In this document: piece after piece, positions 41,186 through 54,889 of the stretch
Layout: every line of letters starts with the position of its first letter
Numbering within the stretch: the stretch's first letter is position 1
From: Octopus sinensis
Lineage: Eukaryota
DNA: 64,000 nt
Reading direction: 5' to 3'
Assembly: GCF_006345805.1 (NCBI RefSeq)
Contig: NC_042997.1
Span: 96,410,001 to 96,474,000 of the forward strand
The notes under the pieces: generated by a model
Databases searched by the model: none
Seen by the model: the letters and a program-made list of their open reading frames with translations, nothing else
Told to the model about the DNA's origin: nothing
Position numbers and translations under genes: made by a program

Positions 41186-42089
41186 AATCTACTTGCTAAC
41201 ACCTCATATTGGCCAATTGCATTCTATCCACTGACATTTCTAAATATGAGAAATTCACCAACATTTAAGTTTTCCTTTGTGGTTTATGCATATATCTCGA
41301 ACTCTTTACCTCATACCTAAGAGACGAAATGTCTCACGTACACCTGATGAAAGCAAGTATTTCATATAGTTAACTATTTAAGTTTATTTCAACTCATAAG
41401 TATTCATTACATTCTCGCCTAAGATCTATAAAATCTTTAATCGACTACAGTATTAAATTTTATGTAAACTTTAAGTATAAAACTTTAATATGGCTTCAAT
41501 GGGACTGGACTCGATGAATAATTTGGCCGTAACAACGTACCACGTACATTGTGTTTTTACGATATATCGATTGTAATATCATGTTTACTGCTACCAAATG
41601 ATGATCGCCTTGGACGTTATAGGAGATTAGTCTACTTTGAATTTCATTCACACGTAATTGTATATCTTTCTATTTCTGTATATAAATTAATTGAATGTCG
41701 ACTATCCTTTTCTGTTCATTCCATATGTTTTTAACAACTCCGCAGAAATTCGATGTTAATAAATAATATTTCTGGGTAATTAAAGAAAAGGGAGAAGAAA
41801 CATGAAAAACTCCATATATAAATTACACGGAATGTTTACCATGCGGAATATCTAAATATTTCGGTGACTATTCAGCTCATTAGCTGTTGTTGAAATAGAT
41901 AACAGTCATATGTTAAGCCATTCATCATACGATTATATGCAATATCCAAAATAAAGACAAACTTTTTAAACAGCGCCCCACTCGCTCTATGTAATATGCA
42001 AGCAGTCGCAGTGCTATATATGGGTGATTGATTTTAATCCTAACGATAACCGCGTCATGTCTTATTTAGTTTACTATGTGATTTATCGC

Positions 42090-42350
42090 AACTGCGATAA
42101 TGAAGATTCTGGAAGAGCAAAATGTTAACTGTAAATTCTCTTTCAAATTGGAGAATATTTTACTATGCTATTTCTGATGGTGAAAGAGACCTACAGGAAG
42201 AAACGTTTGACCTACAATATCCGGAAACAAAAGACAACCGCTGAAATCGATCCCAAGTCAGGACGCCCTTCCATGAGAAGGATCGGCATTCACGTTACAA
42301 AAAGACATCTTGTAATCAGTGTAATTCATTGCTTCACTGTCCGGATGATT
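42090..42350 (+). mobile_element. Mariner transposase N-terminal relic
   Basis: MVKETY..EIDPKSGRPS, similar to the mariner DxxRSGRP motif. Confidence 0.6.
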
Positions 42351-42644
42351 TGCATTGGTGTCCTTCTTTATAATATCACCTAACCTCTTGCCTTAACCCA
42401 CCGCACAGTCTTATCTCATCTCTGTAGTAGTAGTTATAGAATTGCATGCAGTACATGAAGCTCTGTGCATGTGTTTTTAATTTCATAATCTTTGCACAGT
42501 GGGGAGATACCAATCATTATCCTAACTAAATCGGGCTCTAAACATGTTTATGTCTACATTGCGTGATAAAGCTGAGTTATTGTGAACCACATACTGAGAG
42601 ACCATTGGTTTTGTATTGAAGGGGTGGGAGCGGAGTCGTTGAAA

Positions 42645-42817
42645 TTTCGAACATCAATGAACAAATAAAATAATTTGCCATCCGTGTTTGAAAAATTATA
42701 GTGTATAGATATAATATGTGCTGTCTTCAATGTTCCATAAATATATATTAATTGTAGCGCCCTTGCTCATGAGAATACGGATGGCAAATTATTTTATTTG
42801 TTGAGTGATGCTCGAAA
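42645..42817. mobile_element. MITE-like element with ~45 bp inverted termini
   Basis: aacaaataaaataatttgccatccgt pairs with acggatggcaaattattttatttgtt. Confidence 0.7.
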
Positions 42818-43060
42818 CCTAGGTTCATGTGGTAACTATTGAAAATGTTTTTGATTTTTCATCCCCTTGGAAATTACTCTTAACCGTGGTTTGGGCTTTG
42901 ACTGCTCCGTTTATCATGTAAGGTGTCCTGTTAGGCACACCTTTTTTGTGTATAAATATACACTAATTTTATATGAAAAATATGTTTTTATTGACTCTTT
43001 TATGCATGCTAGCCATTTTCCTATCCTATACACGCACGCACACACACACACACACACACA

Positions 43061-43136
<76 letters not shown>

Positions 43137-43174
43137 CGAAGTGTACAGCTCTATATTCCTATTAGGGCCGATGT

Positions 43175-43249
43175 TACCAATGTTTCGCACCAGGGATTTA
43201 CTGAGTTCGGTAACAATCCGATTATGTAACCCTGCATTCATCAGAGTCA
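43175..43249 (-). ncRNA. Degenerate hammerhead-like motif between microsatellites
   Basis: CTGATGA-ATGCAGGG..(TCGG/CCGA)..CCCTGGTGC-GAAA-CA-TT; stems imperfect. Confidence 0.4.
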
Positions 43250-43279
43250 GCCGATATGGAATAAAATACGGCGACTGCT

Positions 43280-43478
<199 letters not shown>

Positions 43479-44074
43479 TGGGCACCTCGAAAGTTCGTTG
43501 GTGGTAAGTTGTTCAATTTTAATAATACAGCTTCCACGAATCTTCGAAATCATTCTCTCATAAAAGTTTTATTCTTTTCTCTGTACACGCATAATTAGTT
43601 CCTTCTTCAGAGAATGCCTGTTGATTACAGTGTTATTTGTAAAATATCTCCATGCCCACTATTCTGTAAAATTATTCAGTCTATTCCCATGTTACTATTT
43701 TGGTAGGTATTATCCGCATGCGGTATATTATTTCTAATTTTAGTTTTAAATCAATTATGACATATATATGACATAAGTATCACTTTTATCATACTGGTAT
43801 GAAGCCTCTCAATTGTTTCAATTGATATTTCAAAATGGTCATATATACGAAACTACTAGGGGATGCTGAAATATTCCTAGCTTTAAGAGTATCGCGAAGG
43901 GCGAGTTCGAAGCCCAAAATTTCAAGTACTATTACAGAGCTTAGAAAAACTGAAGGACCACTGCAATAAGTGTGTGAATCTGAAAGAGTAAATTTTTTGA
44001 ATAAAATCATAATTAACTAATAATCGTGTATTTTCTTTTATCGAATGCTAGGAACTTTTCAGCACCCCCTCGTA

Positions 44075-44378
44075 TTAAATGGCATTCCGTCGGTAAAGAC
44101 GACGTGGGTTCTGGTTGATCTGATCAACGCAACATACTCTTCGGGAAATTAAGGTGCAAGTGACTGAACATTCCACGGAGACCCGTGCCCCTAACGCAAT
44201 TCAGCATGACACAGAATGTGACAAGTCGGCTCTTCGAATTACAGATACATTTCATTTTTGCCAGCTGAGTGCACTGAAGCAACGTGAAATAAAGTGTTTT
44301 GCTCAAAGACACAACGTGCTGCCGGGATTCGAGCTCACGACTTTACGATTGTGAGCTGATTGCCGTAACCACTAAGCT
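44075..44378 (-). mobile_element. tRNA-derived SINE, family C (V/CORE-like central domain)
   Basis: Reverse complement reads gcttagtggtta (A box), gagctcgaatccc (B box), then gttgtgtctttgagcaaaacacttt. Confidence 0.8.
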
Positions 44379-44682
44379 TTTCCCCCATTACTTTTGAACC
44401 GATCCATCAAAAAGCTCGAAAAGCTGATGAACTATAACACCACCATCCTATATGTCATATTCTATTTCAGAAAATATCCGACTAGATAGCGACTGATTCT
44501 GGAAGGAAAAGCTTCCGTGGATCACTGGGCCATCCGCTTTCATGGAATAATATGAAGGAATTTATATCTAAATCTCGTTTTGAATTCTACATTTGGATTC
44601 TACTTTTTGTTGAAAGCTATATTTACAAATTAACATCGATTAGATGTTTCATTCACTAACAATATTTTACAATGATATTAAG

Positions 44683-44895
44683 TTGGTGAGCAGGCCGAAC
44701 CGTTAGCACGCAGGGCAAACTGATAGGGGCTATTTCTTTAGTCTTTATGTTCTGAGGTGAAATTCGGCCGACATCAACTTTACCTTTCATTCTTTCGGGA
44801 CAGATAAGGTAAGCAGCAGTACAGCACTGGCGTCGATTGAATCGGCTCCCCACACCACCACCAGAACTTGTTGGCCTTCTACTAACATTTGTATA
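44683..44895 (+). mobile_element. SINE family B, diverged
   Basis: ggtgagcaggccgaaccgttagcacg...ctttacctttcattctttcggg matches 61490-61730. Confidence 0.8.
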
Positions 44896-45549
44896 CAATA
44901 TTTTATGAAGATATATGGAAAATATAACTTAATGTCTGTTAAGATAAAAGAACACGGAATTCTGTCTGAGATTTTTGATAAAGAAATGTTATTAAAGAAT
45001 AGTTCGAAGCTTATTGTTCTTAGATTATGTATGATAGTAGTCGCTGTTGTATGTTTCTTCATGTTAGATGATCACTTTGTGCTGTTGCCGCCGCCATCCT
45101 TTGTTTTCGTCTTGTCACAGCTCTGTGGTCAGCTGCTCGTTTTGCTATTGTCTTTTGACCGCCGTGTCTGTGTCCTGTCTGCTATCTGCAGGAAAATTCA
45201 TTTTATTATATTGACATAATAGGCTGTATATAAATTTGTAAAATACTTTGCTTTGATTTAAGAGTGGGCAGGCACAAATAATATGATTAAGTGTTGAACA
45301 AAAAAACAACTATTTTCTCAACATTATTTGCTTTTAGCGTGCTTTTTAAGTGTTTTGGAGCTTCCTAGCTGGAATGTTATGAGATCCAGCGCAACAAAGC
45401 ACCTTTACAAGTTTGCCTAATTTCGTGTCAATAGTTTTATCAGCCATTGACCATGTAATGCCTTTCCTTGGCAACACCTTTCTCATACTTCACTTCAATT
45501 TTTAATTCTATGAAGTTTCTGCTCTACTTTATCCACGTTACTAGCATCA

Positions 45550-46400
45550 TAAAGATATATTTTATGATATAAGGTAATATAGTTATATTTCATTGTCACC
45601 TTTTCATACTTGAGTGTAGTAATTTATCCAGCTCATTAATTTTTATATATCAAATATTTTATCGTCTTCTGTTTTGCTATCTAATACGATACTGGTGTTT
45701 TTGTATTTATTTCAAATCCTTCAAGTATAATGAGTGCATCTTTTCTAAATTGAAATTCCTGTCAATTTTAATATTGAAGATGAAAACATTTACTGTATAC
45801 TTGAAATATAATATTAAGCTTGTCATTAAAACTGGAGTATATAACAATGATACTATAGTTGATATAAAAACCCTTCTCTGGGGCATTGGAGTATTTCAAA
45901 ATATTGTAATTACATTCATGAGTAATTCAATCACGATTGAATGACAGAGCTTATTTTGATCAATAAATACACATACAAGTTTTTTGCGTGCTTTTGTAGT
46001 ATATCGACCTCCTTATTAATGAGAAGTAAATCAATAACGTCCTGTAGGACTTGGACATGGGTAGGGATCTACAGAAAGTATTGTTCCTTGAATACCTTAT
46101 TATTTCTACAGGACAATAATGTATAGAGTGGTTTTTAACTTATAAATTTTCACCAAAATAAATGCTAGGTTATAAAAGGTTATTAGGTAAAATGAGAAAC
46201 ATTTATACTCGTTGATATATTTTTTTAGAAAATTTCAAATTGCCGACGTTATTCTAAGATAGTCTCAAACAATTACCTACAATTAAGCATTATAAATGAA
46301 TTTTCAGTTTATCAATTGATAGTCCTGTAATCAGCTATTAATTTTGTTATACCTCATTATCGATCCAAAATGGATTTTGCAAACTCGGTTTTAGTGCAAT
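45550..46400 (-). mobile_element. Decayed Penelope-like GIY-YIG region relic
   Basis: Scattered reverse-strand peptides (NVGNLKF, LNIIFQVY, KYKNTS) in the expected order. Confidence 0.3.
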
Positions 46401-46999
46401 ATATATCGTACCAACGTCTATATTGTTATTGTTTAATCAATGCTCTGTAAACCATTGTTACGCTCATTTACAGAAATATCAGATATTTTACTCTAAATTT
46501 TAAGGCGGATATTCTTATATTCTCTATTTGACAATATATCTTGTTTGCACTTATTTATTTCCCACAAAAATAATTACATATTATCATCAACCTCGCCTGC
46601 GTATTTAAAGTAGTTTTGTAACCATTTATTTTATGTTAATTTTTCACTATATTGACCATGCATGACACACATGATATAATGTTAAATATATAGCAATGAT
46701 AATTAAATTACTTTTGTTATTATAAATTTGACTGATTTTGCGCAATTGCAACTATGAAAGTGCGGGGAAAAATTATTTAGTTTAAAAAAATAATAATAAA
46801 TATGAAAAAGGAAGGGAAATGTTTAACATATATTCCCTAAGAAATATCCATTACGCCAATAGGCCAACTCTAAAAACTTAGCCTTGCTTCTAGGGATTCT
46901 CATTTACATAATAATTGAAAAACTTTTTGAAGATGGCCAATGAAATAGAAGTGTTAGTGCGGTGCATTAGCAACATCTAAATAAATCATGTAAAATACC

Positions 47000-48700
47000 A
47001 AACGTGAAGCAACAGAAATTGTCTGTTGGGTGCACGTAACAAAAGATGCAGTCCAGCAAGAAAGAATTTGGTTAATGGCCAAGCGCGACGGTCGTGTAAT
47101 TTGTGATTCTAAACAGTAGAGAACGTTGTTACGACAGCATCCCGCTTGCTGAACTGATTTCGGAAAGCAGAGGTCTTGATATAGTAGGTTCTCGCGTCTA
47201 TCTCGGCAGTTTGCAGCGGCTATCGGAAAGGGAACTTGAGTTGTGCGAGAAGCCGATTATAGCTGATAGACTAACAAATGCCAGAGCTGCTGTGTGCAAG
47301 GTAAAATTAAAGGATTGTATTATCTTTACTATAACCTCTACTTCCGCGTGCTTGATTTTCCCACTCTTGTTTTGGCAAATGTCTACTGCAGCTGACAAGA
47401 TACTAGGAAAAGCATGTCTCCAACAGATAAACAGGATCCAATGGGGAATATGGTGACACTGCTGAAGAAGAACCTGAACAAAAGGTTGGGACTGAAAAGT
47501 TCAGATTCATGATTTTGATAAACACAAAGTAAAAGATTTCAGCAAAGGTGGCTGTCACTTATTGGTTATGTAGTAGGAGATGTGCAAACATGGGCGATAC
47601 TCGGCAGGTCTATTCACGACAACCTCCATCATAGAGCGTCAAACAGATCTACACTTTGCAAGGCACTGGTCAATTTGTACTGGTCCAAAGCATTTGGCAA
47701 GGTTGTATATCGCTAGAGGCAACTAATCTGTGGTCAAATTAAACAACTGTCTCTATTAAACTCGGTCTGCTCAGGATTTTCCCTCTCTTTTATAATGTGG
47801 CTCTGGAACCTTTACGGCGGCGGATAGAAAGTTTGATCGGAACCTGTATACACAGACGACGTCGCTTCCATGCGTTCGAATACTTCGGATACAGAAATGA
47901 TCATATTATATGGAGAAAATAATAGTAATGTATAGGTCCATACACAAACAGGAACAAGCTCGAGACTCGTCTATGTTACCTAGTAGCAATTCCTGTCGTT
48001 AGACTGGACAATCGGTGAAATTTATCAGAATCTGGGTAGATTAGTCTCTTCTGAAGGAGTTCCAGATTGGGAACTATAGACAACTCTTCAAAGTCCTTTG
48101 CATGACAGTATTACCGTGAGGGTGTTTATCTGCTGGAGACATGCTTTTCACACATGGGAGCGCCAACGGTCAAACCTGTCCGAGACGAGTGCAGGGGTAC
48201 GAAAACCTTCTGCACTGCATCATTCAGTTTACTAGTGATTTGCAGATTTGTGTGGAACGGCTGCTGTCATACGTAGCACGAAACCCGGTGTTCGCTGGAT
48301 GTGTAGTAGAAATCGACGCGCCAACGTCCTTTGGGAAGTAAGGGAGATAACTCTTTCTTTGCTTCGTAGCTGTTTCAATAAAGGTTGTTGTGGACTCGTC
48401 AAAAAATATTTGAAGACAGGTACTTTACCTCTCTCACCATCTTCTCGAAATACTACTTGACGAAGACGGTGAAGCTGAAGAGAGGGGCACTGCCTTCTAG
48501 TGTGTTTGCCGAACACTATATGAAAACGGATACACTAGTGAGTCAAAGAGGGCCTACCATTGTGTATTTTCCTATGTAACAGTAAAGACAACTGAGAGTG
48601 GGCATCTTCGACTTTATGGGAACAACTGAGCTATGGAAATTAATTTGCATGAGATTTTTCCCGAGTTGCTCGAGGTGAAACGCCCTGATATTTGAGGAAT
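47000..48700 (+). mobile_element. Heavily degraded L1/Tx1-like LINE
   Basis: SKAF-, VALEPL-, YTDDV- and CPR..ENLLHCIIQ-like remnants, collinear with the 20340 and 23180 fragments. Confidence 0.6.
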
Positions 48701-48848
48701 TATTATTTTATTAAATTATATTCTTATATATTTAACCATACCCATATTGTTGTTGATTCCACTTCGATCGGTGTTAACCCCACATTCTGTGTTGCGATTT
48801 GTCCTGTCTTATTGTCCACAATATTTTGAGACACTGTGGCCAATAAAA

Positions 48849-48879
48849 ATTATTATTATTATATTATTATTATTATTAT

Positions 48880-48925
<46 letters not shown>

Positions 48926-49043
48926 GGTGGTGGTTGTGGTGGTGGTGGTGGTGGCGGTGGTAGTGGTGGTGGTCATGGTGGTGATGGTGGTGGTGATGGT
49001 GGTAGTAGTAGTAGCATAAATAATAATGATGATGGTGATGATT

Positions 49044-49095
<52 letters not shown>
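48849..49095. repeat. Compound trinucleotide microsatellite (TAT)(TAG)(TGG)(TAA)
   Basis: Direct reading. Confidence 0.95.
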
Positions 49096-49096
<1 letters not shown>

Positions 49097-49311
49097 TTGC
49101 TTGTCATTTGTTTGACCTTAACCAGTTGAGCATGTGGCTGAGGATATGTGCATCTCTGATCACGAGCAAAAGTAGTGGCGGAACATAATAGCCATGTGTT
49201 GAGAGGAATTCTTCGGAGTTTGAATGCTTCACCTCTGGGAACATGGGTGTTTCATTCAACATTCTTAAACAACCCATATTCAAGGACTAATTCAGCGATC
49301 ATGAAGGACTA

Positions 49312-49714
49312 TTCAGAGATCATGAAGACAAAAAATGCTTTCTAATTGATGTATCAATACCGGCAGATGACAACGCGTCTCTAAAAGAAATGGAGAAACT
49401 TTGAAAATACAAAGACCTGGAAACAGAGGTAACCAGAATGTGGAATCTAAAAACAGAAACAATTCCTATCATAGTAGGTGCATTAGGCATGATAAAAAAA
49501 TATTCAGACAAATACATAACAAAAACACCAGGACTTACAAACACATATAACATACAGAAAATTGCACTACTAGGCACTGCACACATCCTACGCAGAACAC
49601 TTTCCATACAATAACCATCAGAGCATCACAACAAATCACAGCACATAACTGTGCGACAGGCATACAGAGCTGCGCTCGGTAATGAAGTGAAAGCACGCCA
49701 TAAAAATGAAACTA

Positions 49715-49720
<6 letters not shown>
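49312..49720 (+). mobile_element. R4/Dong-clade REL retrotransposon 3' fragment (family 1)
   Basis: KCFLIDVSIPADDN..K*KYKDLETEVTRMWNLKTETIPIIVGALG..AHILRRTLS*; ends in (AAT)n. Confidence 0.9.
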
Positions 49721-49787
<67 letters not shown>

Positions 49788-49790
<3 letters not shown>

Positions 49791-51096
49791 GAACTCCAAC
49801 GCTTGGACAGGAAGACAAGAAAGTTACTGACATCCAAGAGCATGCACCACCCTAAGGCAGATGTAGACCGCTTGTACCTACCTAGAAGCAGCGGGGGGAG
49901 AGGAATGATGCAATCAGAGCTGTGCTATAAGACCTCTACTGTAGGAATGAACAGGTACCTATCTAGTACAAAGGACTGGATGCTGCGACTTGTGTGCGAA
50001 CACGAAAGCAGCAAAAAGCTGCATTCTATTGTCAAGGAAGCTTATAAGTTCGAAAGGGAACTAGACATTAACCTTGAATCAGATGAAGAGCCGGAAACCA
50101 CTGCTACCAAGCAAGCAAAGCGAATCAAGCAGACTGCAAAACAGAACGAGCAGAATCAAATTGAGAGGCGGTGGAGCCAGAAGCCCCTGCATGGACAATA
50201 TATTCTCCGAAGCCAAAATGCTGATGTAGACCAAGCAACAACCCATCAGTGGCTGAAGAGCTCTGGATTGAAAGCAGAGACTGAAGGTTTCATAATGGCA
50301 GCACAAGATCAAAGCTTGTTTACCAGAAATTACCAGGCTAACGTTCTCCGAAACGGTACTGACCCTAAATGCAGATTCTGCGACACATTTGACGAAACGA
50401 TAGACCATCTCGTTTCGGGATGTCCTGTGCTGACACCAAACGAATACAAAAATCGCCACGATAGGGTAGGACAGTATATACATTGGAAGATATGTAAACA
50501 CTACAAATCCGACACTCCTGCTAACTGGTATGAACACCATCCTCAGCCAGTTGTTGAAGGTAAAGATGTCACCATCCTCTGGGATTTTCCAGTCAACACG
50601 GACAGAACGATCAAGGCTAATCGACCAGACATAATTGTTAAAGACAGGGAAGAAAATACCTGCAGACTAATAGAAGTAAGCGTCCCCACTGATAAAAATG
50701 TATCTGTTAAGGAATTTGACAAACTTAGTAAATATAAGGACCTGGAAATCGAAATACAGAGGATGTGGAATCTTAAAACAAAAACTGTTCCTGTTATTGT
50801 AGGTGCCCTAGGTATGATAAAAAAGGGACGTCAGAAACACCTAGACAATATCCCTGGAAAACCATGTCTCAAGGAAATCCAAAAGATTGTGCTAACAAGT
50901 ACTGCCCACATCCTTAGAAAAACCCTATCAATGTAAATGTTTGTGTTTGCATTACATGGAGATATATCTCCACTTCCCCTCCCCAAGCTTTCAGCTATAT
51001 TTCAACAACTCTTAACCTTCACTTGCCCTAGGGCGCTGGGTGTACCCCGGCAGGTGATTGCATCAAACATGCAGATTAAAAGTAAATGACAATGAC

Positions 51097-51100
<4 letters not shown>
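49788..51100 (+). mobile_element. R4/Dong-clade REL retrotransposon, 5'-truncated, uninterrupted 382-aa C-terminal ORF (49788-50936)
   Basis: DRLYLPRSSGGRG; CCHC knuckle CRFC..ETIDHLVSGC; RHD; REL nuclease RPDII..LIEVSVP..KLSKY; IVGALG; flanked by (AAT)n on both sides. Confidence 0.95.
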
Positions 51101-51127
<27 letters not shown>

Positions 51128-51654
51128 GCAACAACAACAATATGAACAACAATAGCATCAAAAACAAAAACTGTTACATTGTTGTCACTGACGTTGTGTT
51201 GTTATCTCCGGAATTATAAGGGTGTAACATCGACTCACTATATTACAACGTCATTCATTATATGAACTAGCAAAAGTTGAAAATTCTAATGTTAATGATG
51301 TTTGATATTCATGACGAAAACAGAAGCAAAATAAAAACAGTCAGTATTTCTTTGATTAGGTAGGACAGACTTACTTTTCTTTCACCAGTTGAAAGTATTT
51401 TTATTTTTTATTAAATATCAAGAATCTTGACGCTTGGGAAATGATGAAAATTGTTAATCCATGGCGACAGACATAAAATCGTTAACGGTAAAACTGCCAG
51501 CTGCTCTGAAAAGATTTGCCAAGGTGAAAATGACATTTCTGAGGATTTTTTTCAGAAATATAGTATAGTTTTTATTCTGATAAACTAAGACTATAGTACA
51601 AACACAGTAGTGAAGGTTTAAAACGGCGCTGTTAGAAGCTACAATAATGATGGT

Positions 51655-51790
51655 AATATCCTTTTCTACTCGAGGTAGGAGGTCTGAATGTTGTGGGGAG
51701 GGGGCCAGACGATTAGATCGACTCCAGTACGCAACTGTTACATAATTTGTCGACCCCGAAAAGATGAAAGGCAAAGTCGACCTCAGTGGA
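51655..51790 (-). mobile_element. SINE family B 3' fragment
   Basis: cgaccccgaaaagatgaaaggcaaagtcgacctc matches 61609-61642. Confidence 0.8.
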
Positions 51791-53717
51791 TAATGATGGT
51801 AACATTAGCAAGAGTAACAGCAGAATCAGTTCCAGCAACAGTTACAATAATGACAAAGAGGCAAAAAAAAAGATATCAAGTGAAAGATGGAAAAAGTAAA
51901 ACCTGCAGAGAATGTCAGCGATATGTTGAGTAATATTACCATCAAATGCAACGACGCGAATTACAACATGACAAACAGCAAAAACAATGAAAATGCATTT
52001 TCATTATCAATAACAACAATTACAAAAGCAAATGTAATACTAAAGAATGTAACTAATTTGCAAGAGCCGCCAACACCGGGCTGAACACACGTTCTATTTG
52101 GAAAGTGAATACATTACGCAAATTAAGGATTATATCATGAGAACTCGGGGTTAATACTGCTTGCAGAGGCCGAACTGAATCAATCTGAAACACTTTCATT
52201 CATAAGTTAATATCTAACCTTCTTAAGTAGAAAAGTGCCGGACAATGTGTTCCGTTAATTGGTGAGCCAGGAGAATGAAACAGTACTGAGATAGTGAAAG
52301 CTTGGTTTCAAAGGTTGGAATTAATGAAAAAAAAAGGCCCTAATTCAAATCTTAAATGATTATTATTCTTCAAATGTCATAATTGTTTATGTAACATCAG
52401 ATATGGATGGCTGCGTTTCATTACGATAGGAGAACAATTTAGGTGGTGGATAATGGATTCCAGGTCTTTTTTCCCCGAGTGGTAATTGAGAACTGGAAGG
52501 AGATTCAGTTCTGAATCACACACTAAAACATCTTCAATCTCAAGGCCAGCTTCTAATTGAAGGCTTGCATATGATGTAGCTAATATTACAAGGCAGAAGA
52601 AACAGAAAATTTTTCCTCGGTTGTTCAAACCATGTATGGAATTTCTATCCGCTTCTAAAGCAGTGTGCGAAAAATGTCGCATACCATTACCATAATAATA
52701 GCAATAACAATATCAACAAAATAAGCATAATACAATGGCGACCACATCGACAAAATAAAAGCAAAAAAATAATAATGTTGAATTTATCTTCCCATAAAAA
52801 ACCCCATCGAAGAGTCCTCGCTACCAAACAAAATTATGAACCACCTATAGGCACTACTATATCTTTGTAATCCTCGAAAACATGGTCTACAAACGAAGTT
52901 AAACTGGATATAGTCCATTTGATCGAGTCTAAATCGAGAAAGAGATCTCAAATTACGGAAACATCTGTAATATTAAAGTTTCACAGAAGTCAGTGAGTGT
53001 CAGAGATACTGACTGGTAGGGATAAAATAAGGACATGAAGGAAACAACAGAAGTAATAACAAAAGCAGGAGCAGCATAAACCCTAAACAGAACGAAAGAA
53101 TCAACATCAAGAACACAGGTAGTCAGAAACTTTGAATAGGGTCAGAGTTCACAAAAAATAAGAGTTTGGGATCTTGATAGTATTCAAAACTTAACAAAAA
53201 TTGGAAACAAGTCGGCTCAAAATCAATGTTTCTAAGTACAATAAGTCATGGACGATTGTCATGACAGCAGCAATATTTTGTTATAATATAGAGAAGACAA
53301 TCATTTCGTTTTACTGATTACCTTAAAAGATACGAGGACATTTTAATTAGACTCTAAATAAGTGATTCTCAACTATTTTTTACCTATGGACATTTTTATT
53401 CCTACTTTAGTTGATTGGGCTCTCATTGCCGTTCAACGTTTAAAACATTTTTATATTCATATATTAGGAATTGCATAAAATACTTCAAATATTTTGTGCA
53501 TCATAGAAGTATTGCTAATCTATTGCACATAAATTTTAACAACCAAGTCTTATACGGCCCCAAGGGCCATATGGACCCCAGTTGAGAGCTACTTCTCTAA
53601 ATGATCCTTTGTCGAATCAGCATTCAATGCTCATGGAATGGGCATGTTGCAACCGTTTCTTAAATGTGGAAAATGCTTTATCCAATGAAAAGTCTGCGTA
53701 GTTAGAAGCGAGTGATG

Positions 53718-53748
53718 AAAGTTATTCACACATGTACACACACACACT

Positions 53749-53809
<61 letters not shown>

Positions 53810-54889
53810 ATTTCACATGCGCTGCTTATAATCAGCTCTGCGTGACATTTAGAGGCACCCTGCAATTTTTTGTTTCGAGACTCCATCTGTGATGGGTAGA
53901 AGCAAATATGTATTTCGTTGAAGTATCGCAGGAGACACAATCTATTCAATTTCATACATATGAGTACGGCTCTTCAGTCTCAGTTTGCCGAATTGTTAAA
54001 TTGGATCAACAGACAGAAAATACTGAACAATTTAATCGATGAACGATTCGCAGTGGAAGACACAAAGCTCTGTGGAAATCCAGTCTTGACATTTGAAATA
54101 CCAAATACTTTTGAGTGTGTGTGCGAAAGAATATCATAGCGAGAGAAGACCTATTAAATACTACAAATTACTTTAACTGTGTCTTGCCATTGATACAACG
54201 GAGTAGGAGTTTTGATGCTACCGAAGAAAAGGCAAAAACCAGTAGATATTTGATAATAACAGTCGTCAATCTAGGTTATGCTAAGGCTTGTATTATTTTT
54301 ATTAATGGTTTCTTCTTCGTGATTAGCAGGATCTGCTAGTTATAGCTATCTTTTTCAGGCAGCGTTTTGATACTGTGGTTTTATATGTAATATACCATTG
54401 CTCTTAACATAAGCTAACAGGTTATTTTTCTGAAAGTATAAAAGTGTTTCGTATGCTGTCAACAAGTAGTTTAGAGGCCATAAATTACGAACATCTCTGG
54501 GATTTGGGTTTGAAAAATTAATGTTGGATTCCCTTTCAGTAGCAAACACGATGATTCTAGAATGCTCATTAGTTCATTCAATGTTCTTAGTAAGGTGCTT
54601 CCGCCAGAAATTTAGAACTTTTCAAGTTAAAATACTATAGATTTTGTTCTTGTTTTTATGTTCCGTATCGGTTACGATGGACCATATTTTCGATACTACT
54701 ACACACACAGACACACACACGCATACATGCACGCACGCGCACAAGCACATACACACACAGAAAGTTATTCACACATGTACACACAGAAACTGACACATAC
54801 ACACACACACACATTAGACATGCGCTGCTTATAATCAGCTCCGCGTGACATTTAGAGGCACCCTGCAACTTTTTGTTTCGAGACTCCAT
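53718..54889 (+). repeat. Dispersed direct repeat of ~130-170 bp (53718-53887 and 54762-54889)
   Basis: catgcgctgcttataatcagctcYgcgtgacatttagaggcaccctgcaa..cgagactccatc occurs twice. Confidence 0.9.

Noticed and set aside
41343-41420. CTGATGA motif
   Set aside because: No matching stem II, GAAA or cleavage triplet.
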